Positions 14,452-28,769 of a stretch of DNA of 64,000 nt are shown here, piece after piece. The translations under genes were made by a program, and so were the position numbers. The notes beneath the pieces were generated by a model. That model was not told where the DNA came from and did no database searches. It saw nothing but the letters and a program-made list of their open reading frames with translations. Position 1 is the stretch's first letter. The number at the start of each line of letters is the position of its first letter. Source of the DNA: Botryllus schlosseri. Taxonomy: Eukaryota. The stretch covers positions 62,001 to 126,000 of the forward strand of contig CM119373.1 in NCBI GenBank assembly GCA_051294905.1. The letters are read 5' to 3'.

Positions 14452-14562
14452 TGTTATGCGCGACTCGCTATTGCATTTAAATGTTGCATGTTGCCGCGAG
14501 CTAAAAAGTTTGACCTGCACCACTGATTTAACATGTGCTCAGTTTGCGATATCCGTCTACAA

Positions 14563-15319
14563 CAGTGGTTCTCAACCTTTTTCTCTCCTCGGACCCCCTC
14601 GGACCCCCACGTATTTTTTCAAATTTAGCTTTATCATCATGCAATCTTTATCGTCCTTGTGCAAATATAACTGTAGGCTAGTTATAAACTGCAACAAAAT
14701 GACTTTTCTTAATAACAACACCATACTATTTATGTAAAAATCGGATAGACTTATATTATTTCAAAACGAATTCTGCAGCTGCATTTCTGTAATATGTGGT
14801 CATGTGTTGAAATTCTGCGTCTTCGATTTGATACGAACGAGTGCCGAAAATCCAGTTCCACAACGATAGGTGGTGTCGAATGCAATAATAACGGGAAAAG
14901 CTTAAAATGACACGTTTAAGTATGATCGCAAAATATATGGCAATAGCACCAAAATAGAGGAAAATCTATTATAATGAACATATAACGTCCAGCCTAGTCA
15001 TTTCTATCCAGCAGCTCATCTTGAAGTTATTCTGGAATAATGGTTATGTATATCACAGGTGAAATGGATTTTCAAAAACATTTCAAAGTAACGTCATCCT
15101 TGCTACTCAAACGTCTATTTTTACAATAAACCCGAACAAAACATCTCTAACCATCAATCTATGTTTGTGTCAGTAGGCTATTGGCAAATAAAATGAGTTT
15201 CACAGTAGAATATTTCATCTGAGACGGCCATTCTGTTGATGTGGGTCATAAAGTACGGCTAAAACTTTGCGTCTTCACGGACCCCTAAGGGTCCGCAGAT
15301 CCCCGGTTGATAACCACTG
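14563..15319. mobile_element. hAT-type MITE
   Basis: TIRs CAGTGGTTCTCAACC / GGTTGATAACCACTG; perfect 8-bp TSD GTCTACAA. Confidence 0.92.
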
Positions 15320-15536
15320 GTCTACAATGATTCTGGAGGAAACGGCCGCAATTGCTCAGATATTTTGAATTGGTTCTCCATGCTAGATAATTATGGATAT
15401 TGCGGTTTCCTACCTAAGTGTTGCGAGGTAGGCCTATATTTAGGCTTCTCTCTTACAAAAAGGCTAGAAGTGGGCCGAGCTACAAGTCGGCAGATACGAA
15501 ATCAAAAATAAGGAATATCGGCCTAGTGTAAAGGAT

Positions 15537-15999
15537 TAGGGCTGGGCACAATGATTCGAGTTCTCGAATCTGAATCCAGTAATAAATCTAACGATTTCAG
15601 CAGAGTGGTAAAATACGTTTGTTTCGAGTACTGAAATTATAGAGTTCTCGTCACCGAAAGTCAACTTATTACCGAGAATTATAATTTCGATGCTATTTTC
15701 CACACATAGTCCAAAGCTATCCATGTTGGTGGAAAAAACACATTTCCTAAGTCATGATCATCCCACACTGTTGTCACAAAGTGCAATGAAATCTGTATAA
15801 TTGAAAAACGTCAAAGTATCTTTAATGTGATGGATAGCAGGCATTATATTCTTTGTCGTGGCTTAAAAGGTAAATATTTGAATTTTGACATATTGCATTA
15901 TGTTATGACGTCATAATGCGTGATATCAAATACTCGACTCGAAGCATATTACGTCATTCAGAATTGAATCACTCAGGTACATGATTTGGCACAGCACTA
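15537..15999. mobile_element. hAT-type MITE (TAGGGCTGGGCAC family)
   Basis: Imperfect TIRs and degenerate TSD TAAAGGAT/TAAATGAC; relatives at ~26790-27146, 41150 and 48573. Confidence 0.7.
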
Positions 16000-17514
16000 T
16001 AAATGACCGTAGTCAACAAACACCATTGATGTCACAAACAACAACAACAAATATCGCGGTAGACAGATTGTTGCAGCGATGTAGCCAGGGAGTCGAGTTG
16101 GAGAACCAAGGTGTTAGATGGTGGTACGGTATTCTCGAGCCCTGATTAGTATTCAGCATTTCTTATACATTACAGCCTCGTTCACCCTTATTTCGATTAG
16201 GCCAGGGGAAGTCAACCTTTGAACCTATATAACTGCATGGAAGAGTAAAACAATAATTATATATCCCTCAACCCATATTTAAATTACCGTGTGTTGGCAG
16301 CCGGCAATATACAACTGGAATTCGTTCTGAAATCTTTAAGCGATATTTATTCACCTTAAAAATTTTCTTCGCGCTCAGTGCTATTCAGGGTGAATTAGAT
16401 TTTCCGTACTTTTTTTAAATAATTTCCTTGAAAATTGGGCCTCACCGTACAAATGTAAACCATAGAGGAAGATGTAGCGTATATAAAGAAATACCAAGTT
16501 GGAATCGTGTGCATCTCACAAATGATGGCTTTTTTGGTATTTTTCGGCGATTCCATTAATATTTTGACTATACCGACAATCCTGACGGTAAGTGAAGAAA
16601 TACCAACATGCAGCAAAGTGTTAAATAAAACAGGAAGATGCATCATCATTAAATGCGAATGGATTAATATTTGCCATTGATATGTGAAACAATCAATTTA
16701 ATCGACGAATTCATTCGCGAGTTTGATACAATTTTTGTCTTTCGCGCGACTAGAACACGAATTCCAAGAACTTTTCGTAACAGTAATATACTCGCGATTT
16801 TGGTGCATAGGTATATAGCAGAGGTTCTTAAACTTTTTAGACCGCGACCAAAATCTGAGTTTTAGTGGCATCTCACGACGTAATACTGGTACATCAAAAA
16901 TAGCAGTTTTCCTTTGCCACGTTTTACGGGTAAACTACCTGGATATTGCGCTGACAACGGTACAGCACACGCGATTTCAAATTGGGGTGCATTATCTTCC
17001 TCTACCGGTGGCATTTGTAGTAATCTACTGCCTACTCAGATTACAAGGACGGGACTCCGACCATTTGGACGACCGGACATATCAATATCAAAGGTTTCGG
17101 CCAACAGCGACGACCGTTATGGCACTTCACTTTGCCCAGGCGTATATTGGCGAAATGTGCTGACCTCGATAAACCTGTGCATAATAGTTCCGCATGCGCT
17201 TGTTGCACACCCTTTCACTAAAGTATCGTGACGGTCACTGACAGTGGTTTCCAGAGGAACCAATATAGCACAAATCTTATCATGAATTCAAACCAATGTG
17301 TCTTTTACAAAGGTAAGCACATTTTCACGATGAGGCCATGTGGTAGTACCGACGTCTGGACGTATGTCGCTTATTGGCTATAGTACGCAACACAGTGATA
17401 TCGGATATGTACAGAAAATCCATGGGAAATCGCGTTTGGTGCGAACACTATTTTGTTGGACATCGCGCGTAAAGCGTATTTTGTTGCAAGAAATTCAACA
17501 AATATCCCATACAT

Positions 17515-19107
17515 CAGGGGTCGGCAACCTTTTGCTAGTCGCGGGCCAAATTTCGGGTGTACAACGTTTTGGCAGGCCGGATTTTTTCTTAGTACTATAT
17601 TTTACGCTCACTTCGGTATATTATCCTACATTGCTGCAATCTCAATCATACCAATCCGAAGACACATGTATTTACACTTCAACGACACAGAATAATTGTG
17701 ACAATTGACGCAGCTTGCTTTGTGAAAGGTTTTCAACTTCTGGTAACAAGTCAGATGAAACAAGAATCACACCCTATTCAAAATGGACGTCCGAAATACG
17801 TGATTTTAGCTTGCTCTTCGTGAATTTCATTGTTCAAAACTATTGTTCACATGCGTACGTGGTTCCAAAAATCGATGTAATTTCTCTTGCATTGCTGGTC
17901 AAGCTGGGATAAAGACCAATTTCAAGAATGTACTCTTTGTCAAAGTCATGCAGCGATATTCTCTTTGTATGAAATTTGTCATTCAATTCAACTGCATCGC
18001 ATTTCAGGAAGGCCCATTGGAAATTTTCAGGCAATGGTATTGGCGTCCACATTAAACAGAGTACTGAATAGTCAGAATTCATATTGTAGAGAAGGAATGT
18101 CGGAAAAGCGAGTGAATATTCAGTATTTAAATTTCATATCACAGTTACAAATGTAGTGTTGGTACTATGTTTTCTCTCCTCTAGTATAGGAAAGTGAGCA
18201 TAATTTTCTTTGTACTGTTGACATTTCATGAATCACAGATTTGTTTTGAATGCGCCTCAACATCTCATGTGTGCAGTTGTTTTCCCCCTGAAGTTGCAAG
18301 TTCAATTTGTTCAGATGTGACGTTAAATGTATCAGGAAAGCAAGATGAGACACCCATTTTCGATTACAAGATTATGAGTCGGCGATATTTGTATTTTCGA
18401 GGAAAGTTGCTATTTCATTTCTCAGTTCATACACTCGTTTAAGCATAGCTGCTCGACTCAATGAGCGAACATTTACATGACAGATATAGGCCTACATGAC
18501 ATCGCCATATTGATTCTCTGCTTCTAGTAATATCTGGCGTAACTGCTTCAGTTGATGAGACAAAAATCATATCAACAGTTTTCACCATTGTGGCCAAAAC
18601 ACTATTCAGGTTTTTCGTCTTGGCACACAATGCCTTCTGAAAAATCAAACTATAGACAGGCTAACTAACATAAGGAGGCTAGTTATCTATAGTTGAATAG
18701 TTTGAGATTCCGTCATTGCGTCTGAGATGCTCCAAGCATTTTTGAAGCAGAGGAAGAACACCTTTATTGTCACACCCCGTTAGAGTGATTAACACCCTTT
18801 AAAAAAGCATGGAACACCTTCGGTTGCGAGATACACCCGATTGATAAGCACTGATCCAGTCTAGTCTATCTCCATCTCCTACTTCAACCACCTTCGTTTT
18901 ATGGCGTAACAATAGACTAATACGATGTAGGCTACTATTATATCGTAGCAATGCTGCATTTTTTTCATGAAGCACTGCACTGCAGATTGAAACTCATTAT
19001 GAAGCGGCGGGCCGTATTCTTGTGATAACTAATTATTATGTCGCGGGCCGGACGATTTCGCTTGGCGGGCCGGATCCGGCCCGCGGGCCGTAGGTTGCCG
19101 ACCCTTG
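17515..19107 (-). mobile_element. Internally deleted hAT transposon (Charlie/Buster/SPIN-like) with decayed transposase
   Basis: TIRs CAGGGGTCGGCAACCT / AGGTTGCCGACCCTTG; perfect TSD CCATACAT. Minus-strand remnants IFQKALCAK, LAFLIHLTSHLNKLNLQLQG and SIFGTTYACEQ (hAT dimerization motif). Confidence 0.92.
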
Positions 19108-19438
19108 CCATACATATTAAAAGATATCTCTGGTGCGGCCGTAGCCCAAAATTATACCCATCATTGGACGCGGCCCATACTTTTAGAACCCCTGATATAT
19201 TGTAAGCCTTCGGAAGTGTTTTGATTCTACCTTCAGAAACTTTTATACGCAAGGTATATCTCGAGAAAGCCGTGCTGGAACAGAATATCAAATGGGGGCT
19301 GCATGGTGTGAAGTTCCCACTAGTCAATTAAACATGAGTATTTATCATCCAGAAGAGCCATGACGAGTGTCAGCTGGAATATGGCCATGTGGTACATGTG
19401 TAATCGAAATATGGCCGTGAAGACCAAAATGTTCAACA

Positions 19439-19966
19439 CAGGGATGTAACCAAGTCACAGGCCCTTTGTCACAAGTCACCACCGAATCAAGTCCGTGTGT
19501 CATCGAGAAGATGGTCGAGTCCGAGTCATGGCATTACGACTCGAGTCTGAGTCCAAGTTATTACGTTGACTGTTCAGTTTCCAGTTAAAGTCTTGTTAAA
19601 CCCCCTTTATGTAACTCCGTATAGTGATATCGAATGGTTCATATTTATAATATACCAATTTCCCTCACTTTCAGCAGTTTATGGTCTCAGTACAAGTACC
19701 AATAGACAATATCCAAATAGTGTGGTTACTTTGCTATTCTTCGAAATTATAATGAAATGTCGGTCTTGCCCGTCTGAGGCTCAAGTCATATGACTTGGCT
19801 CGAGTCATGCGCAATGACTCGAGTCTAAGTCGAATCAATATACAGATTGACTCGGGTCGAGTCATTTCCGTATTTTGATAAAATGACCCGAGTAAAGTCG
19901 AGTCATCAGAAAATCGTGACTCCAGTCGGACTCGAGTGAGTCATAACTCGAGTCTTTACAACCCCG
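19439..19966. mobile_element. hAT-type MITE with GACTCGAGTC subterminal repeats
   Basis: TIRs CAGGGATGTAA / TTACAACCCCG; TSD GTTCAACA/GTTGAACA. Confidence 0.85.
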
Positions 19967-21450
19967 GTTGAACACCTCTGGATTAGGCCTACTACAGAAT
20001 CGGGGCACTATGTGGTCAGTGGTGTAAGAGTTTTAAGTAAACGTCAAAGAATGTATCACAACACAAAAGGTTGAAGAGCACTGGTCCACGAAATTCGTGC
20101 AAATGGTATTTTCTTGAATTAGTACACAGTCAGCAAACTTAATCTCGTTGCAACTGTATCATATGACGAGCAACTTCGATTTTCAATCCTGGTAGCGCCT
20201 CTGGACTTGATTCCGTATACTATCTTAACGCCATTTTCACCCCCTCCCCCCACTTAACTGAATCCTTGTTTGCATACTGACTGCCATTACAAACATCCAC
20301 AGGCCCTGCTGTGGATCATTCGCCCTCCACTGAGACACGGTTGCTGCTGCATATTTTGGCTTAAACTGATATCATATAAATCAGGGGTGAGCAGACTTTT
20401 TAGCGCATTGGCCGCATTCAACATATGAATCCATTCGCGGGCCGCACGATATAAAATTGGGATACTAAGCCGACATATTGTTATTTGATTATATAGTGAC
20501 CGACGACATGGAGATCATACACATGCATTTGTATGTTTAAAACAAACCAAACATTGATTTGATGTTAAAGTACACGAGCCAGAAACATTGACGAGAAATT
20601 ATAGGCTGGTCGTTCTCTTTGTCAAATTTTAATATGAAATTCGGTTTTCTCGATTCTTAGAACTACATGTAAATTTGAGTCTGAGAGCAGCGATCTGTTT
20701 ATAGATTTGCTGATCGTATTTTCGATTTAACTCTAGGACACACAATGCTTACAGCATCATAACCATGTTCCCTTTAAATGTGCTTTTACAATATATAGAT
20801 AATTTGATATGCTATATCGTGCCATCAACTGCAAAAAATACCATGGGGAGAATATATCTCATCATTATCATGTTGAAATATATTGAGCAAAGTTTATTCA
20901 AGTACTGACAATAATTTGATTTTTAGTACGCATTTTAGCAAAATTTTCACCAGGGATGGTGTGAACCTCTTATAGGTTCTGGTTCTTGTGGACGCGAACC
21001 TTTTTGAAAGGTTATGTGTGAACGCTAACGTGAACCTCATGACGTCACGTGACGTCATATTGCTAATTCAAACTCGACATTTCAGTGAAGTGATAGCCTA
21101 TTTCAGTGCTTTTCAACCTGTATGACGGTTCGTACTTGTGCGAATGAAAAAAATTGCAGTGCGAATGACGAAGGTGGTGCGAACAGTGCGAATGAAAATC
21201 CGACCCAAGTGCGAATGAAAATCGTGAATAATTGTTAATCTTTCTGCATTGGAATAATTCAAATAAACCTAATAGGAAATTTGAGGTCAGTGTAACTTTT
21301 GTACACTGTAAAAAATATCCTCGGTAAATCCCGAGCTTAGGCTCGGGTATGACTCGATTCAACCCCTTTCCTAGTTTTTTCCCCAAAACGTCGACTCGTT
21401 TTCAGTGCATTCCGAGTCACGCGAGATGTCAACCGCATGCGAGGTTGGAA

Positions 21451-21713
21451 ATTACCGAAGATGGAACCTTACCGAGAATGGTCATTACCGAGAATAGACA
21501 AACCGAGAATACCATTACCGAGAATGGACCCTACCGAGAATAGACATTACCGAGAATGGTCATTACCGAGGATATATACACCACCGAAAATGGACATTAC
21601 CGAGAATACCATTACCTATAATGTACCCTACCGAGAATTACCGAGAATAATCATTACCGAGAATGGACAGCATCGAGAATGGACATTACAGAGAATGATC
21701 AATGTCAAGAATC
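21451..21713 (+). repeat. Minisatellite of ~16 copies of a ~16-bp unit (TTACCGAGAATGGACA)
   Basis: Directly visible tandem array; it accounts for the spurious repetitive ORFs 21349-21543 and 21437-21721. Confidence 0.95.
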
Positions 21714-24700
21714 TAACTTAAGGACGGACGTTGCCGAGATTAATACCTGAGAATCGACACCGAACGTGACAACGCTGTGATAAATATATACATGTCCTGT
21801 ACCTATGAGTAGCAAGATGCCCGCATGGCATATACTATATTGCATTCCCCGCAAACAATTTACCTATATGTTCGTTTTGTCACGTTACGAAAAAGGTGGC
21901 CAAACGGGGAAATTGGTTACGGGTATTTCGTTGGTAGCTAATTCAAACTGTGAGGCTTGCAAAGCATAAATTCAGGTGAATAATTCTTTGAAGGAGTGGT
22001 AATTAGCACGCATGTCATCCAGAGACGACATTACGGTGAATCGCGATTCGAGTCAGCCTGGAAGGCATACAATATTTTTCCTATAGACGATAAGTTATCA
22101 TCCCATTCCATTGCAATTGTACCCGTGAGTATTCACGGCATTACATACTGCAGCAATCATCGTTGAAACTCATCCGGCCACTTTACCGATTTCGCAAGAT
22201 GTTGCCGAGTGACGTAACGCATTTTTGCTCGCGCAAACATTTGGTTTGGTGAACAGTTTTGGCGCGCAGATTTGAAGCCGTCAGACAAGAGCGCGGTCTT
22301 ATAATGGCGGCTTGCAGTTGAGGTCGTGGGTTTGGTTTTAGTTGCGTTCAGGGTTTAATCGCAGTTAATTGATGCTTAAGCTAGCACCAGGCTATAAAGG
22401 AATACTGAAAACTGAACTCTACATTGTACAGTACATGCTAGTTTATATATGATTTGTATAAAAGCATACAGCTATACGGTATCGGTCACTTCATATAGAC
22501 AGAAATTTATACTGTCGCTCACCCCGTATGAGCCGTATCGGCAGTCGTCACACCATTGGACCGAAGGTCAGCTGCTTGTGTCGTTATGTATTCGCATAGT
22601 ATTAGAGTGCGCTTACTTTGATTTATAAGTTCTGTGAAAACCTTGGTCTTTACGACGATAACCATAACGTATTTATTTCAGCTAGCTTTTTCAGCTTCAG
22701 GCCTTCAGTTTATGGGTCAAGTGTAGAATACGGCCACTTCGAGAAAGTGACCCCCATGACCATCACCGATCAATGTTTCACATGGGCCTAGGCGCTTTTA
22801 AGAGAGCCATGCCCTGCACAGTGCACACTGAATAAAAATAATAGAAGATAACATGAAAGGACAAGCGGCAAAAATGAGGTGACACAGGACGAAAGGCAAG
22901 GTCGATATATCAGGCTGCGTCCGGTAATCTCTACTGCTGATGCTGACTAGTGTTTAATCAGGAGAGGGTGCTGATATTTTATTCGTCGACTGACGCCTGA
23001 TGGATTGATTTCGAAATACTGTTCAACGAGATATCCCAATCCATAAAACTGAACTAATTATAATCGCCATGAATTTTGACATGTTCATGTCAAACAGTGA
23101 TTTGTGATGGTTGTGTTGTGGATAAAAAAATAGACTTGTCCGAAACGTTGTATTTCCATGAGGACGATATGATAGTTGAATGACGAGGACATAGGTGTGT
23201 TGTGTTGCACTTGGCGCGCTATTGATTCGGATGTGAAGAAATCATTCAAATTTCAAGGCAATCACTTTGATGGTAGTTATCTATTTTGTGCATGGCGGCT
23301 ATATCAGCTACGAAGCAGCTGTGCCAGCTAGCATATATAGCAACTGTATCGACATATCGTCATCGTTTGTTACTGTAGTTATATTCGAACGTCAAATGAA
23401 GCCTAAAATGCTGTTATAATCGGTAAACAATGAACACCTGAAAATCTCTGGAGGCACCGGCACACAGTTTGGGAATCACTGTTTTACACTTCGTAGGAAT
23501 TATATATTGCAACTTGTATTAAGTAGGCTACCGGTATTGCGCAAAATGTGAAGGAGTGATTCAAAAAATATACTATGAAACTATTTCTAGTATATAGTTC
23601 CATTTCCATTCTCTTTCCTTTGCATAACAAATGTGATGGATTAGCTGCATCTCAATGTCATGTATGACGCAGCAGTTGGCTTGCAATGTAGAAGTTGAAA
23701 AAAAAAACAGCCAAGCACGGCATAGGGCCCGAACTAAATTAGAAGTGGAGGTATTTGACTTATGACCAAGCCCCCGCACACACAGAAACAGGTTGTGTCT
23801 ATAGTCTTTCGATGTCGAGTTTTGTTGAGAAAGTTTAGTTCAACTGTGTTTATAAAAGTACATTTGTAATTTTGCAGGTACTGAGTGGTAACCTTGATAT
23901 CTGTTAAAATGACCGTCTAAGACAGGGATGTCCAACCTACTGCCTGCCTGAGATTTTTGTGCAACTCGCTAGTCATTTTCACTACAAGTAGTATTTTGAA
24001 CTTAAATCTTAGCCTAATTGGAATGAAGCAGTCAGCTTTTGGAGCCGCAGTAATAGTATACTCTAAGCGCTGATACTCTCTCTGTCAGCGTTTTTATTTC
24101 TCATGCGTGAGTGAAAACTGAAGAGAGTTTGTTGTGCAATAATGCTTCCGAAACTGATTGAATGAGGCCTAGAGTGCAATAATTGTCAGGTAATAGTGCA
24201 TTGTTGATTGACTGTTGGTATTTTGTGCATAAACCCGACTTCTGGTAAAATCAAGTGCAACTTCCTGACGATTTAAGTGCAATGAAAATATGCCTTAATG
24301 ATTAGGTGTGCGATTTCTTGGGTAATTGTATTCATCTTTTCCATTTCAATTCATGGGGTGTGCAAGGATAGGCTACTTTCTTATCCACAACAACATGATC
24401 ATCACGAATCAGTGTTTCTTTTTAACATGTCAAATTTCTTGGCGATATTGGTTTTTTAGTATAAAATGGATTTTTGTTGATAACTCGTGAGATCTTGATA
24501 TTCGCATATCGCTGCATTGACAATATAGTCGGCATCCACGAATTAGATATACCCCGGTCTCTGATAGACTCAATAATATGCTACTCTGTTGAATCAACTA
24601 CAGTTCAGTATGTCTAAATGTCAGAAAATACGCCGCTTGGCCTACGGAAGAAGATGAACTGCTGCTACTTGATTACCCTGAAGCAGTTTTTAACAATAAC

Positions 24701-25148
24701 AGGGACATTTCACGTCAAGAGTATCAAGTAGCGAGTAAGTGTTGATTTTTATTCAGTGTTTATTGCAAATTACGATTTCAGTTCTATGAATCAACTGGTA
24801 TTGGCATCGTATTGTTCTTGATCATTTTGTGATGGTGGTATGAAAACACAAACTTGTGTCAATTTTCGAATCAAGCTCATATTAGATATATGGCTATCCG
24901 TATGAAGCAAATTGATTTTCATATACTGTTTTATCAATAATGCATGTTTGAGATATATATCATGAGTATGCGAATTATATGTGAAATGGAATGCCCATTT
25001 CAAGTGAAATTTCTCCTATCAACATTGGTACTGTAGAAAAAGTAGAAGTAATGCCATGGATGTCTAGTCAATTACAAGCACAAGTACCAATTTGCAATAC
25101 ACTTCAGAAATACTTCAAGCAGTATCAAGAAGTGGATTGGGTTGCAGG

Positions 25149-25283
25149 CAATGTTCCCTCTGACAAAGTCGCCGCGCACAGAAAAACGTGTGCCGCCACA
25201 AGAAACGCGAAGTGATCGCCTTTTTTTAGTCTCAGTGAGTTGGTGAGTGTGCACAGACTTGTGAAAAATTAGAGGGAGCATTG
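25149..25283. mobile_element. Small hAT MITE
   Basis: TIRs CAATGTTCCCTCT / AGAGGGAGCATTG; perfect TSD GTTGCAGG; relative at ~8862-9043. Confidence 0.88.
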
Positions 25284-27550
25284 GTTGCAGGGTCGAATAC
25301 TTCACTGAATAGGAGGTGGCTTATTTTGAAATTGTAGGGTGCAGGGGCGTAGCCAGCCAAGATAAAAAGGCGGTAGAACTGAATAAAGAGGGCAGAATGA
25401 GCCTCTATGCGTCATACTTTTAGGGATAGCAAAATATTGAGGATATTGATATTGAGCACAAGAGAATAGCATATTTTGAAACAACAACATTAATAATAAC
25501 TGAAATCAATTTAAACATTTCAAAAACTCTACTTGTTATTTCTCCGAAATCTCAAATCAGATAGCATGCAGCATAGTATGACCTCCGGGGCGTGTGTTGG
25601 TGACATGGTCTATAACGCACAGCGTCACGCGAATTTTTCAACGCATGGGTTCCCAAACTTTTTATATTCTCGATCTCAAACTTTTATTGGAAAATACCCC
25701 GCGACCCGCCTCCGCAGAATATTGAAGAAATTGGTCTGCACCTTCGCCCAAACCTACTCTTGGCCTATGCGAGAGTCTATCGACTATATTCGCGCAGTAA
25801 TAGCAATCACGCAATTATAAACTCGTCAAAACTTGAAGATGAGAAATGCCTTTGACCATCTCTGATTAGAAAATATATTTTTTCTTGTAGATTCCAACCG
25901 TATACCCTCCGGAAGATGAGCGTAGCATCGAAGCGCATCAAAAGGAAATTATGACTGAGTGGAAAAGAGCCGAAACGCTGATAAAAACACAATCATGGAT
26001 AGGATGAAAATGACCTTTAAAGATCATCAACATGAAGTTATCAAAGGGACATCAACAACGAGTCTGTTGCGTGCGTACCCAGTTTTGGCAGATGCTCATT
26101 GGGTAGGTATAAAGTATTGGTTTCAGGCGCGATTTATAAGCCCTGTGTGCATACATACGAAACGCACAAGAATGAATTACACTAAATGCTATGATATATA
26201 TTTTATTGGTATTGGTAGAACATTATACATAGTGATGACCAGTACGCCACCGGACTTGCACGTCAATTTAAACTACTAATCAAATTGAAGACCACCCATG
26301 GCATGGTATGCTATGAAGTCAATATTTCCCACTGTTCAGATTTTGGAAGAAATGAAAATGATTTGTCAGAAACAAGACTGTTCCGACGATACTTACTCTG
26401 TCGACCTGACGTCAAAGATTTTGGAGAAGAGTTATAGCTCAGCATCAAGATTCATACTACCGCAGGATAGTCCTTTGGAAATCACGGACTTACATAGTAA
26501 GTAATGTATGCTTTAACCTTTAATGTTTTTATCCTTTCACGGGTTGCCCAACACACGAGCATGCGACACAATGAAAATCCACAGATCAGTATGCCACACT
26601 TTGACATGTGGTTTCACAACTCAAAAACTCACCCTAACCCCTAACATAATCCTGAAATTAACCCTTTTATATATCTTAACCACAAACCTATTCCAAACTA
26701 GATCCTCATTCTAAACCTTACCCAGTCGTAAAGCAAATTTCACCCACATTCTCAAGTGTCGCATGCCCTATTGTCGTACGTTCATTGCGTAGGGCTGAGC
26801 AAAATCGAGTGCGTGATGGATTCAATTCTAACTCATGTATCTGGCTTCCAGTCGAATATTCGAGTATCACGATGGTATTTTTCCAGCCGTACATATTTAA
26901 TTGCACTTTGTGGTGATGCTGTGGGTTGATCATGACTTCAGAAATATGATATTTCTAGTATTGTGGCTTATACGACCAATCGTGATTTTGCGGTTTCCGC
27001 AGTGGAAAATACTATCTGAACTATAAGTCTCTTTGATAAATTTACTAGCAGTTAAAAGGAGCGTATAATTACAATACTCGAAACAATCGTTTTTCACTAC
27101 AATTTATACTGGATTCGTATTCGAGTTCTCGAATTATTGTGCCCTATGCATGTGTCAACGTACCCCCTTTACTTGATAAACCGCAAAAGTTCGAACTTTC
27201 GCTGACTACGTTATTTGTTATTTCGGGAATCATTTTCTGTCCTTTTAGTGCTTCATCTGAGTTGGCACTTCGTTTTCAGGTACTCAAAAACTGGACTGGA
27301 TGGTCTACATCCCAACCATCTTCAAAGAAAAGTATGACAACTTCCTGATTGTGGACAAGGTGTGTTGATCATCCGTATTTCTCAGACTGCAGCTAAACAT
27401 TTCCACCCATTCAATTCGTATTTTGGACATTTCAAATGGCCTCTGTCAGTATTGTTTTCACAGTTCGTACTTATTTTAATTTGAGACGATATGATATGAC
27501 CACATGATGTATCTTGTAGAATATTTATATGTGCTCGTGTTGATCTACGC

Positions 27551-28079
27551 CCGGGGTGGGCAACTTTTCCAGTCAGCGGGCAAGGTGTAGGAAAATTAAG
27601 TACTTGGCGGGCCGGATAGCTGAATCGATACATTATTAGCCCATTTATCCTCATATACAAAGAATAAATCGCATGTAATGAATGTATTGTAACGACAGCT
27701 ATGTCATTTCAAAACCATTTCTCGCCGATGTTGACGACGACAATGTGGATTTGAGAACATCATTGTCATACAGGCGCCGCCATGTCTGCTTCTGTCTGAT
27801 CGATCCACACATGGTGCAATCCTTAATTAAGATTTCAGGGCGTTCGATAAGCCCGGTACCACAAATTTACCAAGATATCAATTCATTTTGGTTGAGTACC
27901 GTAAATGCCGATAATGAAAGTCTTCTCGCTTCTACGAACTTACGCGTAAGCTCTCGGCACGCATTCTCGGTAATGGTTCTCTCGATATTGATGCGACACC
28001 GGCCGGCGGGCCACATTATCAACTAAGACGGGAAACTGTCCGCGGGCCGGACAAAATCGCCGTATGTTGCCCGCCCCTG
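27551..28079. mobile_element. hAT (Charlie-like) MITE in an intron of the SAMD3-like gene
   Basis: TIRs CCGGGGTGGGCAAC / GTTGCCCGCCCCTG; TSD ATCTACGC/ATCTGCGC. Confidence 0.85.
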
Positions 28080-28683
28080 ATCTGCGCCTATCGTTTTTCA
28101 ACTTATTTTCACTGAACAACCCCACATCAAGCTTGATATTTCCCTATGCCTTCTAAAAAGCAAAGTCATGAGTAATCTGGTAAATTTACTTTTCCAGAGT
28201 ACCTAAGTAGCAGTCAACTACTTATATTCCTTACTGATGCGTTTTCGTGTTTAACAGTTTTAACTGATGAATGCTGTGTGCTCTGGCATAATTAAATGAA
28301 AATGAAATGGAATGTACTTTGACGATGCATTGCTATGCATATTCAATAAAGAAGTTCAATGGGTTATAATTAATAAATTAAATATAATTTACATAATGTT
28401 CCAGCTTCTGCCTACCCGCCCACATTATGAATCACTGATCCACAAACCTCACACTCTTTTAAACTATTCCATGGATACTGGATATTAGTAACGTTTATAT
28501 TTCGTAGGAGCCGAAGAATGTCTAGCCGACCATCGCATTCAAATCTGAGACGGAAAAGTGGACGATTCATTTCAATGGAGAAGTTGTGAAAGGTTTATTT
28601 GGTTTTCACCATGCTCTAGCATGCCTGATGGCTATTTATTGGGTTTTCAATGTGAAGTTTGCTCCTTCATCATCAAACTCCTA

Positions 28684-28769
28684 GAACTTTGTCGCAACTT
28701 TTCTCGCCAAGCTTCCAAACGTCAATTGAACTTTGTCGCAACTTTTCTCGCCAAGCTTCCAAACGTCAA
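28684..28769 (+). repeat. 44-bp-period tandem duplication
   Basis: GAACTTTGTCGCAACTTTTCTCGCCAAGCTTCCAAACGTCAA occurs twice; also present in the copy at ~30799-30884. Confidence 0.95.

Noticed and set aside
21437..21721. Repetitive ORF (YREWSLPR repeats) or CRISPR-like array
   Set aside because: Simple 16-bp minisatellite with no unique spacers and no cas genes, in a eukaryotic context.
26559..26766. CCCTAACCCTAAC as an interstitial telomere
   Set aside because: Only two units, inside a small element with GCATGCGACAC/GTGTCGCATGC inverted repeats; more likely part of a repeat.
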